DNA of 64,000 nucleotides from Paramoeba atlantica (GCA_977017575.1 CDRNVI010000002.1:682001-746000), one strand, 5' to 3'; positions 1-10,610 are shown, counted from the first letter of the stretch. Numbers and translations: made by a program. The notes: generated by a model from the letters alone, not told the origin.

Positions 1-1
1 T

Positions 2-400
2 CCGCATCCTGACGTTGTCCCGCATAAACACCGACTGTACACGGATGCGTCAGCTAAAGGATGGGGCGCGGTTCTTTACCGGGACGACGGACAAGTGATT
101 ATTGTTGGCGATAAATGGCAACCTGAGTTCAAATACGAAGTGAATCACGCTGAGGCGATGGCCGTTCGACTTGCGTTTGAAAAACTGACACACCACTTTC
201 AAAAAGGAACCTGTGTTGATTTGTTTATTGACAACACCTCTTGCCAAACAGCATTCAACCGCAAGATCGCGAAATCCGACAGTATTGCCGGAGAGCTCAA
301 GCGTGTGTTGAAGACAAATCAGAACTTTGGCGTATGTATCATGGCACGTTATGTGAGATCTGCCGAAAACCCAGCGGACCCTATCAGCCGCACCGGATAA
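2..400 (+). mobile_element. 3' end of a DIRS-like (tyrosine-recombinase retroelement, VIPER/TATE-type) RT-RNase H ORF, truncated by the window start
   Basis: Frame from base 2 reads ...LYTDASAKGWGAVLY...NHAEAMAV...LFIDN...YVRSAENPADPISR, the D-E-D-D RNase H pattern of DIRS-class elements. Stop at 398-400. Confidence 0.65.
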
Positions 401-825
401 GCATGTATACATACATGTATAGAAACTGGCATAGGTATGAATGTACCATTAATTAGTAAAACTCATTATATAGAATCAAAAAAAAAATTAGCTATATAGA
501 AAATATATACTATTCAATTTCATTACGCGGTAGGAATTCTTGAGAAACGTTTCGAGTTTTTAGTAATTGGCCGCCACCATTTGCTACAAACACGTGCGCG
601 CGGGAGTTTGGATTACGGGCGAACGGGTTGGTTCGCGGAGTTGGTGGACGGGATGCCCGTTCGTAAGTTTGAGGAGTTGTTGACTGGGTTTCTGTGATTG
701 TTTTTATTATATTGGCCAGGTACCTTGAATTCGTCAGATAGATATAGTTTATTGGAAACTAAAAATAGTCGGGATGATTGGACTGAAACTTTCATTGAAG
801 CGATATATTACTAGGAAAATTGGTT

Positions 826-1061
826 TTAACATGGTTTACTTTCATTATGATGCAGGGGAGAGAAGACGTTGATTTCATTTAATTTATGAACCACCCTCTC
901 GCATCCCCCCTTCGAAAGTACCCCCTGTTGTATCGGCGTGAACAAAGGACGTAATGTCGTCTCAAAGCGCTGGATTAAAACTAGCCCTGCAAGTTTCATC
1001 CAGACCTCGCCGATTGCAACTGGACGGACACCACCGTTTGGTTTCGGTATAGCGATAATAC
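826..1061 (-). pseudogene. Distal fragment of a CRE/SLACS-like RT ORF, continuing the ORF broken at 8710
   Basis: Reads IIAIPKPNGGVRPVAIGEVWMKLAG...IQQGV...GGCERVVH (CRE-type RT motifs). It resumes exactly where the 8652-9221 ORF breaks (RARIIA). Confidence 0.75.
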
Positions 1062-1076
1062 TTCTGTACCTTGTTG
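1062..1076 (+). other. Spliced-leader-like relic TTCTGTACCTTGTTG
   Basis: Resembles the 3' end of kinetoplastid SLs (TTCTGTACTATATTG / TTCTGTACTTTATTG). It sits immediately inside the TSD and is not followed by GT. Confidence 0.65.
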
Positions 1077-1745
1077 AATTTCCCCCATGCACCCCCATCA
1101 ATTTCCCCCATGCACCCCTTCACCCCTGGGGAAATTAAGCCCCCGTTCCGCCGCCCACTTCACCCCCTAGCGCCGCCCCCTTCGCCGTCCCCTCCACCCT
1201 GCTGCGTCGCCCTTCCGGCAACCTGTTTCGCCCCCCCTCTTGGGGAGGGAGCTTGAGCTACCCCATGCGCCGCCGCCGCCGCGCTCCCCGCCGCGCTCCC
1301 ACCGCGCCACCCGCCGCGCTCCCGCCGCGCTCCCGCCGCGCCCCCGCCGCGCCAACCGCCGCGCTCCCGCCGCGCCAACCGCCAAGCTCTCACCACGCCA
1401 CCCGCCCCGCCTCTCGCCCCGCCTCCCCTTCCGCCGCTCCCTTTGCCGCCACAATTTCCGCCCCGTTTTCGCCGCCTTCTTTCGTCCCCGCTTCGCCGGC
1501 CCTTTCTCCGTCCCCCCAGTCGCCGTTCCCCTCCCCGGCCCCTTGTGTGGAGCTACCCGGTGTCAGCAAAACAAGACGCCAAGAAACTAGGGTAGTCTCC
1601 ATATGCAAAAATTTAAATTGTGAAGGGCACTGGTCGAGCTCCATTGTGAGCCCCGCTGGTGAGAGAGCCTCGCAAGCTCCACACACCCTAGCGTGAGTCA
1701 TCCCTGGTGGTGGAACAGAATATAACGACTGTTCCACTACTTCTT

Positions 1746-2183
1746 CAGCTCCGTTTGGAATTCGACCAGTTTTCGTATGACGTTTTGAAAGCGAGCGAAT
1801 TGCGACACGCGAAACAGTCCTGCGGTCACCTGAAGGCGGTTGCATTGGATAGCGAAACAGGTGGCAGTGCGGAGGGCGTTGGCAGGATCAGACAACGCTT
1901 CGAAACGCGCACGAAACGCTGGTGCGTTTATCATTCGTCGAGCGCCGAAACTCCTTTTCAGCTCCGTTTGGAATTCGACCAGTTTTCGTATGACGCTTTG
2001 AAAGCGAGCGAATTGCGACACGCGAAACAGTCCTGCGGTCACCTGAAGGCGGTTGCATTGGATAGCGAAGCAGGTAGCAGTGCGGAGGGCGTTGGCAGGA
2101 TCAGACAACGCTTCGAAACGTGCACGAAACGCTGGTGTGTTTATCATTCGTCGAGCGCCGAAACTCCTTTTCAGCTCCGTTTG
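1746..2183 (+). repeat. 213-bp tandem duplication within unit 1 of the retro-insert
   Basis: CAGCTCCGTTTGGAA recurs at 1746, 1959 and 2172. The whole block is absent from unit 2, with an ACTTCTT microhomology at the junctions. Confidence 0.85.
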
Positions 2184-2589
2184 GAAAAAGAAGGAGAAGA
2201 AGAAGAAGAATTGGAAATGGCTTGCAGACAGCGCGAGCAAGTAACTTCTTTGCCCCAGGATGCGAATCCATCGGGCATTGAAGTCACGGATGACAAGTCA
2301 GACCACGCAACCTGACAGGTATTGCTTGTCTATCTGCGAGTGCGGCATCCCACTTGATTGATGATGATTTTTAGGCAATATATCTCCGAGGAGATGTTAC
2401 CTCCCTAGGACAAGCCCCCCCTTATCGCTTGCTAGGAGCCGTGCCACGCAGCACGCAAGTCAACACCTCTTCGCATTAGCCCTCATGCCGAGACTAGGGA
2501 TCACACATCCAGATCTTCCTTCTCAACTGTTTTGCCCAGGATGTAACATTCTTTTGAAAGACGAATCAATATTGCCACACATAATGGGA

Positions 2590-2602
2590 CTGTACCTTGT
2601 TG
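2590..2602 (+). other. Spliced-leader-like relic CTGTACCTTGTTG preceding unit 2
   Basis: Exact 13-mer shared with 1064-1076, 16 bp upstream of the second GC-rich unit. Confidence 0.6.
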
Positions 2603-3383
2603 ACCGATAATCAAATCAATCAATTTCCCCCATGCACCCCTTCACCCCTGGGGAAATTAAGCCCCCGTTCCGCCGCCCACTTCACCCCCTAGTGCCGCCC
2701 CCTTCGCCGTCCCCTCCACCCTGCTGCGTCGCCCTTCCGGCGACCTGTTTCGCCCCCCCTCTTGGGGAGGGAGCTTGAGCTACCCCATGCGCCGCCGCCG
2801 CCGCGCTCCCCGCCGCGCTCCCACCGCGCTCCCGCCGCGCCACCCGCCGCGCTCCCGCCGCGCCCCCGCCGCGCCAACCGCCGCGCTCCCGCCGCGCCAA
2901 CCGCCAAGCTCTCACCACGCCACCCGCCCCGCCTCTCGCCCCGCCTCCCCTTCCGCCGCTCCCTTTGCCGCCACAATTTCCGCCCCGTTTTCGCCGCCTT
3001 CTTTCGTCCCCGCTTCGCCGGCCCTTTCTCCGTCCCCCCAGTCGCCGTTCCCCTCCCCGGCCCCTTGTGTGGAGCTACCCGGTGTCAGCAAAACAAGACG
3101 CTAAGAAACTAGGGTAGTCTCTATATGCAAAAATTTAAATTGTGAAGGGCACTGGTCGAGCTTTTATTTTTTCATACTTTCCAGTAGAGTAAGTCGGGGG
3201 TATGACCCGCATTCAACGGGATTGCCCCCTTTTTAGAAGACAATGTCAATACGTTTCCTCCTCCGACCATGTCGCCTCATTTCGGCGAGCCCAGAGTATG
3301 TAACTCCCCCTGAGGGCCATCTGTGTCATGCTTTCTCGACACTTTGTGGCCAAAATATGGTCGCCGTTAAAGATGGCATTAAT

Positions 3384-6300
3384 TTATTTGCATGACCCAT
3401 TGGGGAATCCCCGGGCACCTATTTCAAAGGCTATTATGTAGGTGTCCGGGTTTTCCTGTCGCCGTGTATGTAAAAGGATGTTGTACTTCTCGGATTTTCT
3501 CCGATGAGCGTTCTCCGCATTCTCCTCCCATGGGACTGTGAGTTCGATGAGGAACTCTGTCCCATTGTGAAGTTTAATGTAACCGTCGGGACGGAGCAGT
3601 GTATCGTGTTCCCTCAGCCAAGCTGGTGGGTTACGCTCTCCTGGTAGGTCGAAATATGAAAACTCAGTTCCCTGTGCTTCCCTAATATGTTTCGCAAATT
3701 CGGCAAGGACAAGGTTATGACGGAAAGTATATCGTCCTTGCTGAAGTGAAGTGGTGCAGGCGGAAAGGGTGTGTCTGACGGTTTGCACTCGGTCGTTGCA
3801 AATAGGGCATTTCATGTTACTGTAGGTGCTGCGGCCCCATTGAACAAGCGCTGCTCGGGAAGGGAGCGGTGTAAGAGTCATGACGGATGCTACAAAGCGG
3901 GAGATCTTCGCATTCCGGATCCCATTTATGGCAGAAGCGAATTCTTGGGCCATTTCTGGATCCGTAGGAAACTGCCACCATAGGGCTGCGATGGGCGCGC
4001 GTTGCTGCAAGCGCGTGATCATTTCCTCCTCATGTGCTTCACGAAGCCGTTGACGAGTCATTCGGGGATCATCCAGATGTTCTGTAATTAAAGTAGCGGG
4101 TCGTATTTGACCTCTTTGACGTTTGTGTTGCTCTTCCTGTATGCGTATGCGAAGTGTATGTAGGACATTTGGATCTTTGGATTTGTTCATTTGCGTCATA
4201 GATTCTCCCGTGCATTCGTACCAAAGTTTTGACAGGCTCGTAAGGTTCCAGCCTCGGCAAGAGTACAGGACTTCAGAGCTTCCGGCACGCGCCATGTTTA
4301 TCCATTTCCGTATGTGAGACGTGGCTCGCTTCTGAAGGCGTAGCACGGATCCGAACGATAGACAGGGGTGAATAACGAACTGAAAACGGAGACGTGAGAG
4401 AACGGCATTTTTGTACATCCAAAGCTTAGCGGGAAGGCTGTGGGCACTTTGTGTGATGTTCTCCATCCACTGTTTTAGTTTTGAGTCGAGTTTACGAAAC
4501 AGCTCTTTCAGTTGTTGGGACCCCGGTGCCAAGGTCATCCCGAGGAAGGTGCTACCGACATCACATATGTGTGGTATGGTCTCTCCGTAGACTTTTATTT
4601 CCGGACGTCTTGTCATATAGCCTGGATGTTCCTCGCCTTTACGGGTGCTCATGCACTGTATTCGACTCTTGTTCACGTTAATCTTAAGGCCTAGCTCGCC
4701 CAGCACTTTGGTAACTGCATTAAGTGCGTGTTGCATGTCTCCGTCGCTTTCAGTAAGAATAGTTAAGTCATCAGCAAAAGCCTTAAGGAAGTTGTTCAGA
4801 CCGTTTGGGAGTTTCATACCGAAGTGCGGGCAGGAGAATCGGACATATCGCAAAACAATTTCCATCACTATCAGGAAGACAATAGGAGAGAGGGTATCCC
4901 CTTGGAGGACACCTTTTCGTATAGAGATAGGTTGCGTAAGACCTTCGTAGCACTTAATGCGCATGTGCGCATCCGTTAGGGTATTTTTGATGTAGTGGAT
5001 GACCTCCGGCTGTACTTGGGCCCATTTCAGAGCGGCATGTATGATATGATGTGGGACAGACCCGAAGGCATTGCTCAGGTCGAGTTGTGCGAGGCAATAT
5101 TGAGTTTTGTGTTTCTGGTAATGTCGCAGGAGTGAGCAAAGAGTTTGTGTGTGTTCCAGTGTACCGATAATGGAAGGGAGAAAGCCTTTTTGTATTTGAG
5201 GGTCAATGACATGGTGTTCAGTCAGGTGTTGAGTCAGTCGATGTGCGATGATCGTGTGAAAGGTTTTACCTAGAGCACTAGTAAGGGAGATCAGGCGCCA
5301 GTTTTTCGGATTTTCTTTGCTACCTGCTTTATATATCAGCCTGGTTACTGCGGTTTTCCATGATAGCGGGCACACAGAGAAAGTCATTAGATCGTTGAAC
5401 ACAGATGCAAAGTATTCGTGTGTCGATGGGCAGTTTTTGAGTATTTTGTTAGTTATCGTGTCGGTTCCTGGAGAACTGGCGTTGCGCTTCATTGTGACAG
5501 CTGCAGTGACATCCTCACGGGAGATCGGGTTCCATTGCATTGGCTGGCTAGCTGTCGGACCTAGTAGATCTGAAGGAGGGAGACGCGAGGATTGCTCATT
5601 AGGGTTAAAACTTTCTTGAAAGTATGATTCAATGCTAGATCTGTCACAGGTGGGAAATGCGGTGTTTTCTACCTCTCTTCCGTTAGGTTTATCAATCGTT
5701 TCGGATGCCGCGGTCCACGAGTTTCTAGAGAATCTCTGTGCGGCCCATCTTTCATCTAGATCTCTGCGTTGCATTGTAGCTTCCTCCTCCCTCAGCTTGA
5801 TCGCTTTGCGACATTCCTTAATTTGTGCCCGCGTTCTCTCGCGTTCCGCCCGGTTCCTCGTGTAACGTAGCGATCGTTTCATCGTTTCTAAATGGTGTTT
5901 GAGATCGGTTACGGTTCTTTCCGCCGCGAGTGGTCGGTATCTACGTCGTGCATGTCCGGTACTGGTCCTTATCAGGAAACCTTTCGTCGGATTTGCTTCT
6001 ATGGCGACTTCATGTGCTGAGACTGCTAATGCGGCACTGAGTAATTCCGCGTTTCGTACAGCTGCCTCTTTATCCGGTGTAGGGGTAAGTAGTTGAATGC
6101 ATCTCTCTTTCGCTCTCGATTCGACAATCCGCCACTGTACCTCATTTAGTCGTATCGTAACCTTACCTCCGCTTATGGCTTCGTGCTTCTGGAGAAGTTG
6201 CGTTTGCAATCTGGTTCGAGAGTAGGCTTCTTGCTCGGGGGAGGAAGGGTACTCTGCAGCCGGAGGAGGGCTGTTCGGGTGCTGGATGGCTGCTGCATCG

Positions 6301-8228
6301 GTCTCTGAGTCTTCGGTGTCTCTTTGCGTAGTGTTCCTCCGGGCATACACTGGTCCGTATACTTTGCAGCACTTGTGGGCACATTCCACTTTGTTTCGAC
6401 ATGTGTGCTGACACGGGTGCAAACTAAGCTTCGTAGGTGCCCTACTGATAGTTTGGATGCGGTGAGGGGATGCTTCTCGGCGCGGGTTCTTTTCATAGTG
6501 TACGTCTGAGGGATCTTCCTCCCGCTTATGTAGTGTAATATGCAGATGTTGAAGGAGGGGCACATCCCGTCCGGCAAGAACCTTGAGGATTGCGCGGCCG
6601 AGTGCTCCCGCGGAGCTGTATGACTCACCAAGTTTGAAGGTATCATCTTTGTAGAGGGAAGTCCAGCTGGCGTGCCGTCGGTGTTCTTGCGCGTGCGCTT
6701 GTTTTACAACCCTTATGTAGTCACATCCCTGGTGATCCATGAGTTCGTCCAGTGAGGCTGGCTGAACAATTAGGTCGTGGGAGCTTCCGTTCCCCGAAAG
6801 CATTTTACTGAGTGCCGCTTGCGCTGCTTGATGAGAAGCAATTCTGGCCTTGACTAGAGGGGATTCGCTGGCGGCCCGGACGTCTGGAAAATACCGCCAG
6901 GTGAGATCTGTGAGTGTTCTTATTTTTAAGGGGCGCGCCCGGCTTTGGACAAAATGAAGATTTTGTTTGTGTTGAAGCGATGCACTCAGTCCAGTAGGTG
7001 TTGTGGCAGCGTCATCTAGGTTTCCCGAGTGTTGGTTGTTGAACACCCAGGTGGGAACTTCGTCCGTGCTTTCTTCCAGTAGGATGTGATGGTCTACGGA
7101 GACGCTAGGTACCGGTAGTGGGGAAGGGAGGCGAGCGAGCACCTCGGGATACAGAGATTCTGTATTTTGGTTTTCGTATCCAGGGATCTCGTCGTTTTTA
7201 GTGGCACTGCATGAGGTAGCTATCGCGGCGTCGTTTTTGCTGTCGCAGTTTGGTTGCTCGGGAGCGCGATTTTCAAGGTGCAATAGTGGATTCGTACAAT
7301 TGGGTTCATCATTCTCTGCTTGTACATTATGCGCGCTTGGAGCTTTGGGGGTAAGGAAGTCTATGTACCAGAGAAAGATGCGTAGTGGTAATTTTACAAG
7401 TTCCAAAATGATGGTCGATGTTGATGTCTTCTTGGTCTTCCCAAGTAGCAACCAAAGTTCATCGTATTTCCGTGAGACAGGCGTTTTGAAGTTGGAGGGG
7501 GTTAGATAGATCTGGTTGATTGCCACTGGAACTAGAGGTATGCTGCTTCGCAAAAGACTGAGCGCATACCATGTGAGTGCGAATATTAAGTGGACAAGTG
7601 TGCAGAATAGTTCCATGAGGTACTTCACGTTATGAAATAGTATTGCAACCTTGAGGGTCTGCTCCGTGTAGGGGTTGCTCGTTTGATCTGGAGTAGTGTG
7701 TACTAAGTGGCGTTTGCAGCAGGCATGCTTGCATGTGTTTTTGTTTAGACATTTATGTTTACATGGCTTCGTTTGAGGTGGTTCTGTAGAGTTTCGGCAA
7801 TATGCAGGTTGGGTTACGAAGTAGGGTATTTTCATGAATATTGTCGCCAGTAATGCTTCGATGATGCAATATACTCTCCCGAAGAATCTCGGTGGGGTGC
7901 TTATATTCGTCAAGTTCGGTGCTGTAGGAATATCGATTTTGTTTATGCGAGGCTGTTGCCTCTTACAACACGGGTGAAGACATGTTCGTTTGTTGAGGCA
8001 CCTGTGTTTACATGGTGTTCCGTGGGTCATGGGGGTTTGCGGTACCATATTTGCAGTCACTAGTTCGGTTGGCGTGACGCATGATGGTCGTTCGGAGGGG
8101 GCTCCATTCTCGTCGACGGGACGTCCATGGTCTAAGAGATCAACGGTTGACATATCAACGCCGCGTGGTCCTCCTGTAAGGTCCTGCGGCGCATCAGCAT
8201 GAGTGCAATGTGAAGGGGGTCGCGTCAT
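3384..8228 (-). CDS. 1614-aa RT plus restriction-like endonuclease polyprotein, HERO-like
   Basis: RT motifs NWRLISLTS, QKGF, LDLSNAFGSVPH, GVLQGDTLSP, AFADDL. Zinc knuckle CPIC...HTLSAC..SLQQGRYTFRHNLVL and RLE LRPDG...IELTVPWE...RKSEKY. Clade assignment is by motif resemblance only. Confidence 0.9.
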   Translation of the reverse strand: MTRPPSHCTHADAPQDLTGGPRGVDMSTVDLLDHGRPVDENGAPSERPSCVTPTELVTANMVPQTPMTHGTPCKHRCLNKRTCLHPCCKRQQPRINKIDIPTAPNLTNISTPPRFFGRVYCIIEALLATIFMKIPYFVTQPAYCRNSTEPPQTKPCKHKCLNKNTCKHACCKRHLVHTTPDQTSNPYTEQTLKVAILFHNVKYLMELFCTLVHLIFALTWYALSLLRSSIPLVPVAINQIYLTPSNFKTPVSRKYDELWLLLGKTKKTSTSTIILELVKLPLRIFLWYIDFLTPKAPSAHNVQAENDEPNCTNPLLHLENRAPEQPNCDSKNDAAIATSCSATKNDEIPGYENQNTESLYPEVLARLPSPLPVPSVSVDHHILLEESTDEVPTWVFNNQHSGNLDDAATTPTGLSASLQHKQNLHFVQSRARPLKIRTLTDLTWRYFPDVRAASESPLVKARIASHQAAQAALSKMLSGNGSSHDLIVQPASLDELMDHQGCDYIRVVKQAHAQEHRRHASWTSLYKDDTFKLGESYSSAGALGRAILKVLAGRDVPLLQHLHITLHKREEDPSDVHYEKNPRREASPHRIQTISRAPTKLSLHPCQHTCRNKVECAHKCCKVYGPVYARRNTTQRDTEDSETDAAAIQHPNSPPPAAEYPSSPEQEAYSRTRLQTQLLQKHEAISGGKVTIRLNEVQWRIVESRAKERCIQLLTPTPDKEAAVRNAELLSAALAVSAHEVAIEANPTKGFLIRTSTGHARRRYRPLAAERTVTDLKHHLETMKRSLRYTRNRAERERTRAQIKECRKAIKLREEEATMQRRDLDERWAAQRFSRNSWTAASETIDKPNGREVENTAFPTCDRSSIESYFQESFNPNEQSSRLPPSDLLGPTASQPMQWNPISREDVTAAVTMKRNASSPGTDTITNKILKNCPSTHEYFASVFNDLMTFSVCPLSWKTAVTRLIYKAGSKENPKNWRLISLTSALGKTFHTIIAHRLTQHLTEHHVIDPQIQKGFLPSIIGTLEHTQTLCSLLRHYQKHKTQYCLAQLDLSNAFGSVPHHIIHAALKWAQVQPEVIHYIKNTLTDAHMRIKCYEGLTQPISIRKGVLQGDTLSPIVFLIVMEIVLRYVRFSCPHFGMKLPNGLNNFLKAFADDLTILTESDGDMQHALNAVTKVLGELGLKINVNKSRIQCMSTRKGEEHPGYMTRRPEIKVYGETIPHICDVGSTFLGMTLAPGSQQLKELFRKLDSKLKQWMENITQSAHSLPAKLWMYKNAVLSRLRFQFVIHPCLSFGSVLRLQKRATSHIRKWINMARAGSSEVLYSCRGWNLTSLSKLWYECTGESMTQMNKSKDPNVLHTLRIRIQEEQHKRQRGQIRPATLITEHLDDPRMTRQRLREAHEEEMITRLQQRAPIAALWWQFPTDPEMAQEFASAINGIRNAKISRFVASVMTLTPLPSRAALVQWGRSTYSNMKCPICNDRVQTVRHTLSACTTSLQQGRYTFRHNLVLAEFAKHIREAQGTEFSYFDLPGERNPPAWLREHDTLLRPDGYIKLHNGTEFLIELTVPWEENAENAHRRKSEKYNILLHTRRQENPDTYIIAFEIGARGFPNGSCK

Positions 8229-8256
8229 GGTAACGATAAAGATAAGAGAAAAAAAA

Positions 8257-8284
8257 CAACAAGGTACAACAAGGTACAGAAACT
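8257..8284 (-). other. Longest SL-like relic AGTTTCTGTACCTTGTTG plus a second TACCTTGTTG
   Basis: The minus strand reads AGTTTCTGTACCTTGTTG-TACCTTGTTG, then a 28-nt pyrimidine-rich leader, then the ATG of the retroelement ORF. Confidence 0.7.
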
Positions 8285-8710
8285 TTTGTGAGCCCCGCTG
8301 GTGCTTATTGTAGAGCTAGTTGAAGGAGCTAGTTGGAGCTTTGTGGAGCTTATTGTGAGCCCCGCTGGTGAGAGAGCCTCGCAAGCTCCACACACCCTAG
8401 CGTGAGTCATCCTGGTGGTGGAACAGAATATAACGACTGTTCCACTACTTCTTTGCCCCAGGATACGAATCCATCGGGCATTGAAGTCACGGATGACAAG
8501 TCAGACCACGCAACCTGACAGGTATTGCTTGTCTATCTGCGAGTGCGGCATCCCACTGGGAAAGTCTGCGCGCGACTGACAGCGTACCACCCACGGAGTA
8601 CGGTAATACCCGGTGCCGTTTCACACGAGCACTAAATAACTAGGGTGTACTCTAAACCCATAGCCAGTCATGGCCAAACGGGTTAAACAACAACAACAAC
8701 AACAACAACA

Positions 8711-10031
8711 TAGCGATAATACGTGCCCGCTTCAACCGTCGCATTATCTCATCGGGGAGAAATCCGTTGATAAGGTCCGTGAACATATGGCATAGTTGCA
8801 AGCTGCAGACTGGGTCGTCGATTAGTATGCGGATTAGAGAGTCCGTAGTGCCCGTTGGACCTGGACTAGCTCCTTTGACTAGCCTGTGCCCTGCCGCCTT
8901 GAGCTCCATCGGTTCTAACCCAACAAGGACCGGCGCATCGCTGGGAAGAGTGAATTCGTACTTGTTTTGTGGATGCAAATCCTCCAGTTTCGAGAGCGTC
9001 TCCTCTTCTGAGAGCTGATACGGCGTAAATGCTTGGTCCATAACTTGAGCTGCTTTCCTGGTATTACCTTCCAAGACCAATTTTGTGGCTCTCTTGATTG
9101 CCCTTTTGTCTGTTACTTGACGACCCTTGGAAACCTCGGCTTGTGTAGTCTTATCTTCGTTCCCTTCTGGGAAAGGACGACGACGCCTCTTCCGTTTCGA
9201 ACTTTCTATAAAAGATGCCAAGGAACACTACATGGCTGACAATACGCTGTGCCAGATCTCATGTCGCTGTGAATATGAACTATGTGCATATTCGCTCATG
9301 AGTTCGCGATAGGTCGCTACTACTCCGGGTATCATTTCTGGACTGATTATGCGAGAAGTGGGAATGGGAGAGTGGTCCAGATCATCTGGGGCCCAGTTCT
9401 CGACGGTAGAGGCTGCTGGAAGGATACGCTTCGTCTGTTCCGTCCTTTCGATTCGCTCTTCTGTTACCGTTGTGTCGGGAAGATGCCATACAATTTTATA
9501 GATGCTAACCGTTTCGACTGGTGGAAGTGTGCCGAAGAAGTCTTCTTCTGGCTTATGGCCGACGATGCCTGTGTATTGGATGTTCAATCTGCCATTCCCT
9601 CGCCTCTTGTAAACCCCGGTTACTTTTCCTAGAGATACATTGATTTTATTGTTATCAAAAGCCCAGGCAACCGTGCAGACAGATCCTTTCTTTATGTGTT
9701 TGGATTTATTCCACAGTTCGCAAGCCGGAATCGGATGCTGATTCTGAGGCAGGATGTTCCCAAGCATCTGTTCGCACATCTCATGGGGATCTGCGAGTGC
9801 ACCATAAGAAATATCCCATTTGTTTGTTTCGGTGCTTGAAGACGTCTGTGTGTTATCGATACATTGGATTACTGGCGTATCGTCCTTAGTTTGCAGGTGA
9901 TCTGGGGCTGATGGAGGTTCGCGGTCGTCCGAATCACCTTCTTTAGAGAAAGCATTGGGGTCTTCGGGGGTTATACTTGTTATAAAAAGGGGTCGGCATC
10001 TACGCTGTAAATAATTACAGTTTCGACACAC
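8711..10031 (-). pseudogene. Proximal part of CRE/SLACS-like RT ORF (N-terminal region through RT domain 0/1)
   Basis: ORFs 9228-10031 and 8652-9221 are in one frame, separated by a single TAG at 9228-9230. Contains RATKLVLEGNTRKAAQV, LEDLHPQ and GASPGPTG. Confidence 0.75.
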
Positions 10032-10300
10032 GTGTCGCTAAACGATATCCCCTCGAGGGAGAAAGCCCTCGTCAACCTCCCGTGAGCTCATTAAAATAAT
10101 GAGCTAGAAAGTCAGTTGTTTGACTTTCCACCAGGGGAGGTAACTCGCTAGGGTACGCGGAGCTTGCGAAGCTCGCTCACCAGCGGCCTTCAAAGAAGAC
10201 AACCAATGCCCTTCACGCCCTTTGTGAGAAGGGAGTTTTTGCCCGACGACGACCAAAATTGGCATCATGGCAGACGGCAAAAACTTGTCACTTTCCATCC

Positions 10301-10610
10301 TCTTGTCCTAGTTATTTAGTACATCGTTTACGTGTACCAGACAAGACTCAGGTCATTCCCCAAGGGGCAGGGGCTTCCTTTCGATAGAGAGGAAGGATCT
10401 TTATGTCAATAGCGCGAATGACTCCTGCCCTAGTTTTGTAGTACCTTGTTATATTCGGTACCGGGCGGTGTCATTCTCATTCTGCATTGTCAGAGTGACA
10501 GTTCCCCTAGTTATTTGGTGCCTCGTTATGTTGGCACCGGGTATTGTCACCCACAGGATCATGCTCACCCTAGTTTTTTAGCGTCTTGTTGTACTGACGC
10601 CGGGTGAGTT
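10301..10610. repeat. Array of four covarying two-stem hairpin motifs
   Basis: Copies at 10307-10340, 10428-10465, 10505-10541 and 10568-10604. Inner stems differ in sequence but all pair: gtaca/tgtac, gtacc/ggtac, gtgcc/ggcac, gcgtc/gacgc. Confidence 0.8.

Larger units (their letters stand above)
3163..8285 (-). mobile_element. Full-length RLE non-LTR retrotransposon (HERO-like) nested in unit 2
   Basis: Interrupts unit 2 between ...GGTCGAGCT and TTGTGAGCCCC; the uninterrupted form is at 1631-1655. The 3' end is A-rich (GAAAAAATAAAA) and the 5' end is SL-like. Confidence 0.85.
1062..8709 (+). mobile_element. Non-autonomous dimeric retro-insert (about 2.5 kb without the nested HERO-like element) with SL-like 5' end, (CAA)n tail and 13-bp TSD
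   Basis: Flanked by ATAGCGATAATAC at 1049-1061 and 8710-8722. Starts TTCTGTACCTTGTTG and ends (CAA)7 at 8688-8708. Two near-identical GC-rich units: 1097-1640 and 2619-3162, the second resuming after 8286. Confidence 0.75.

Noticed and set aside
8652-8710. Poly-Leu C-terminus of the 8652-9221 ORF as a membrane anchor
   Set aside because: It is the antisense translation of the (CAA)n tail of the inserted element.
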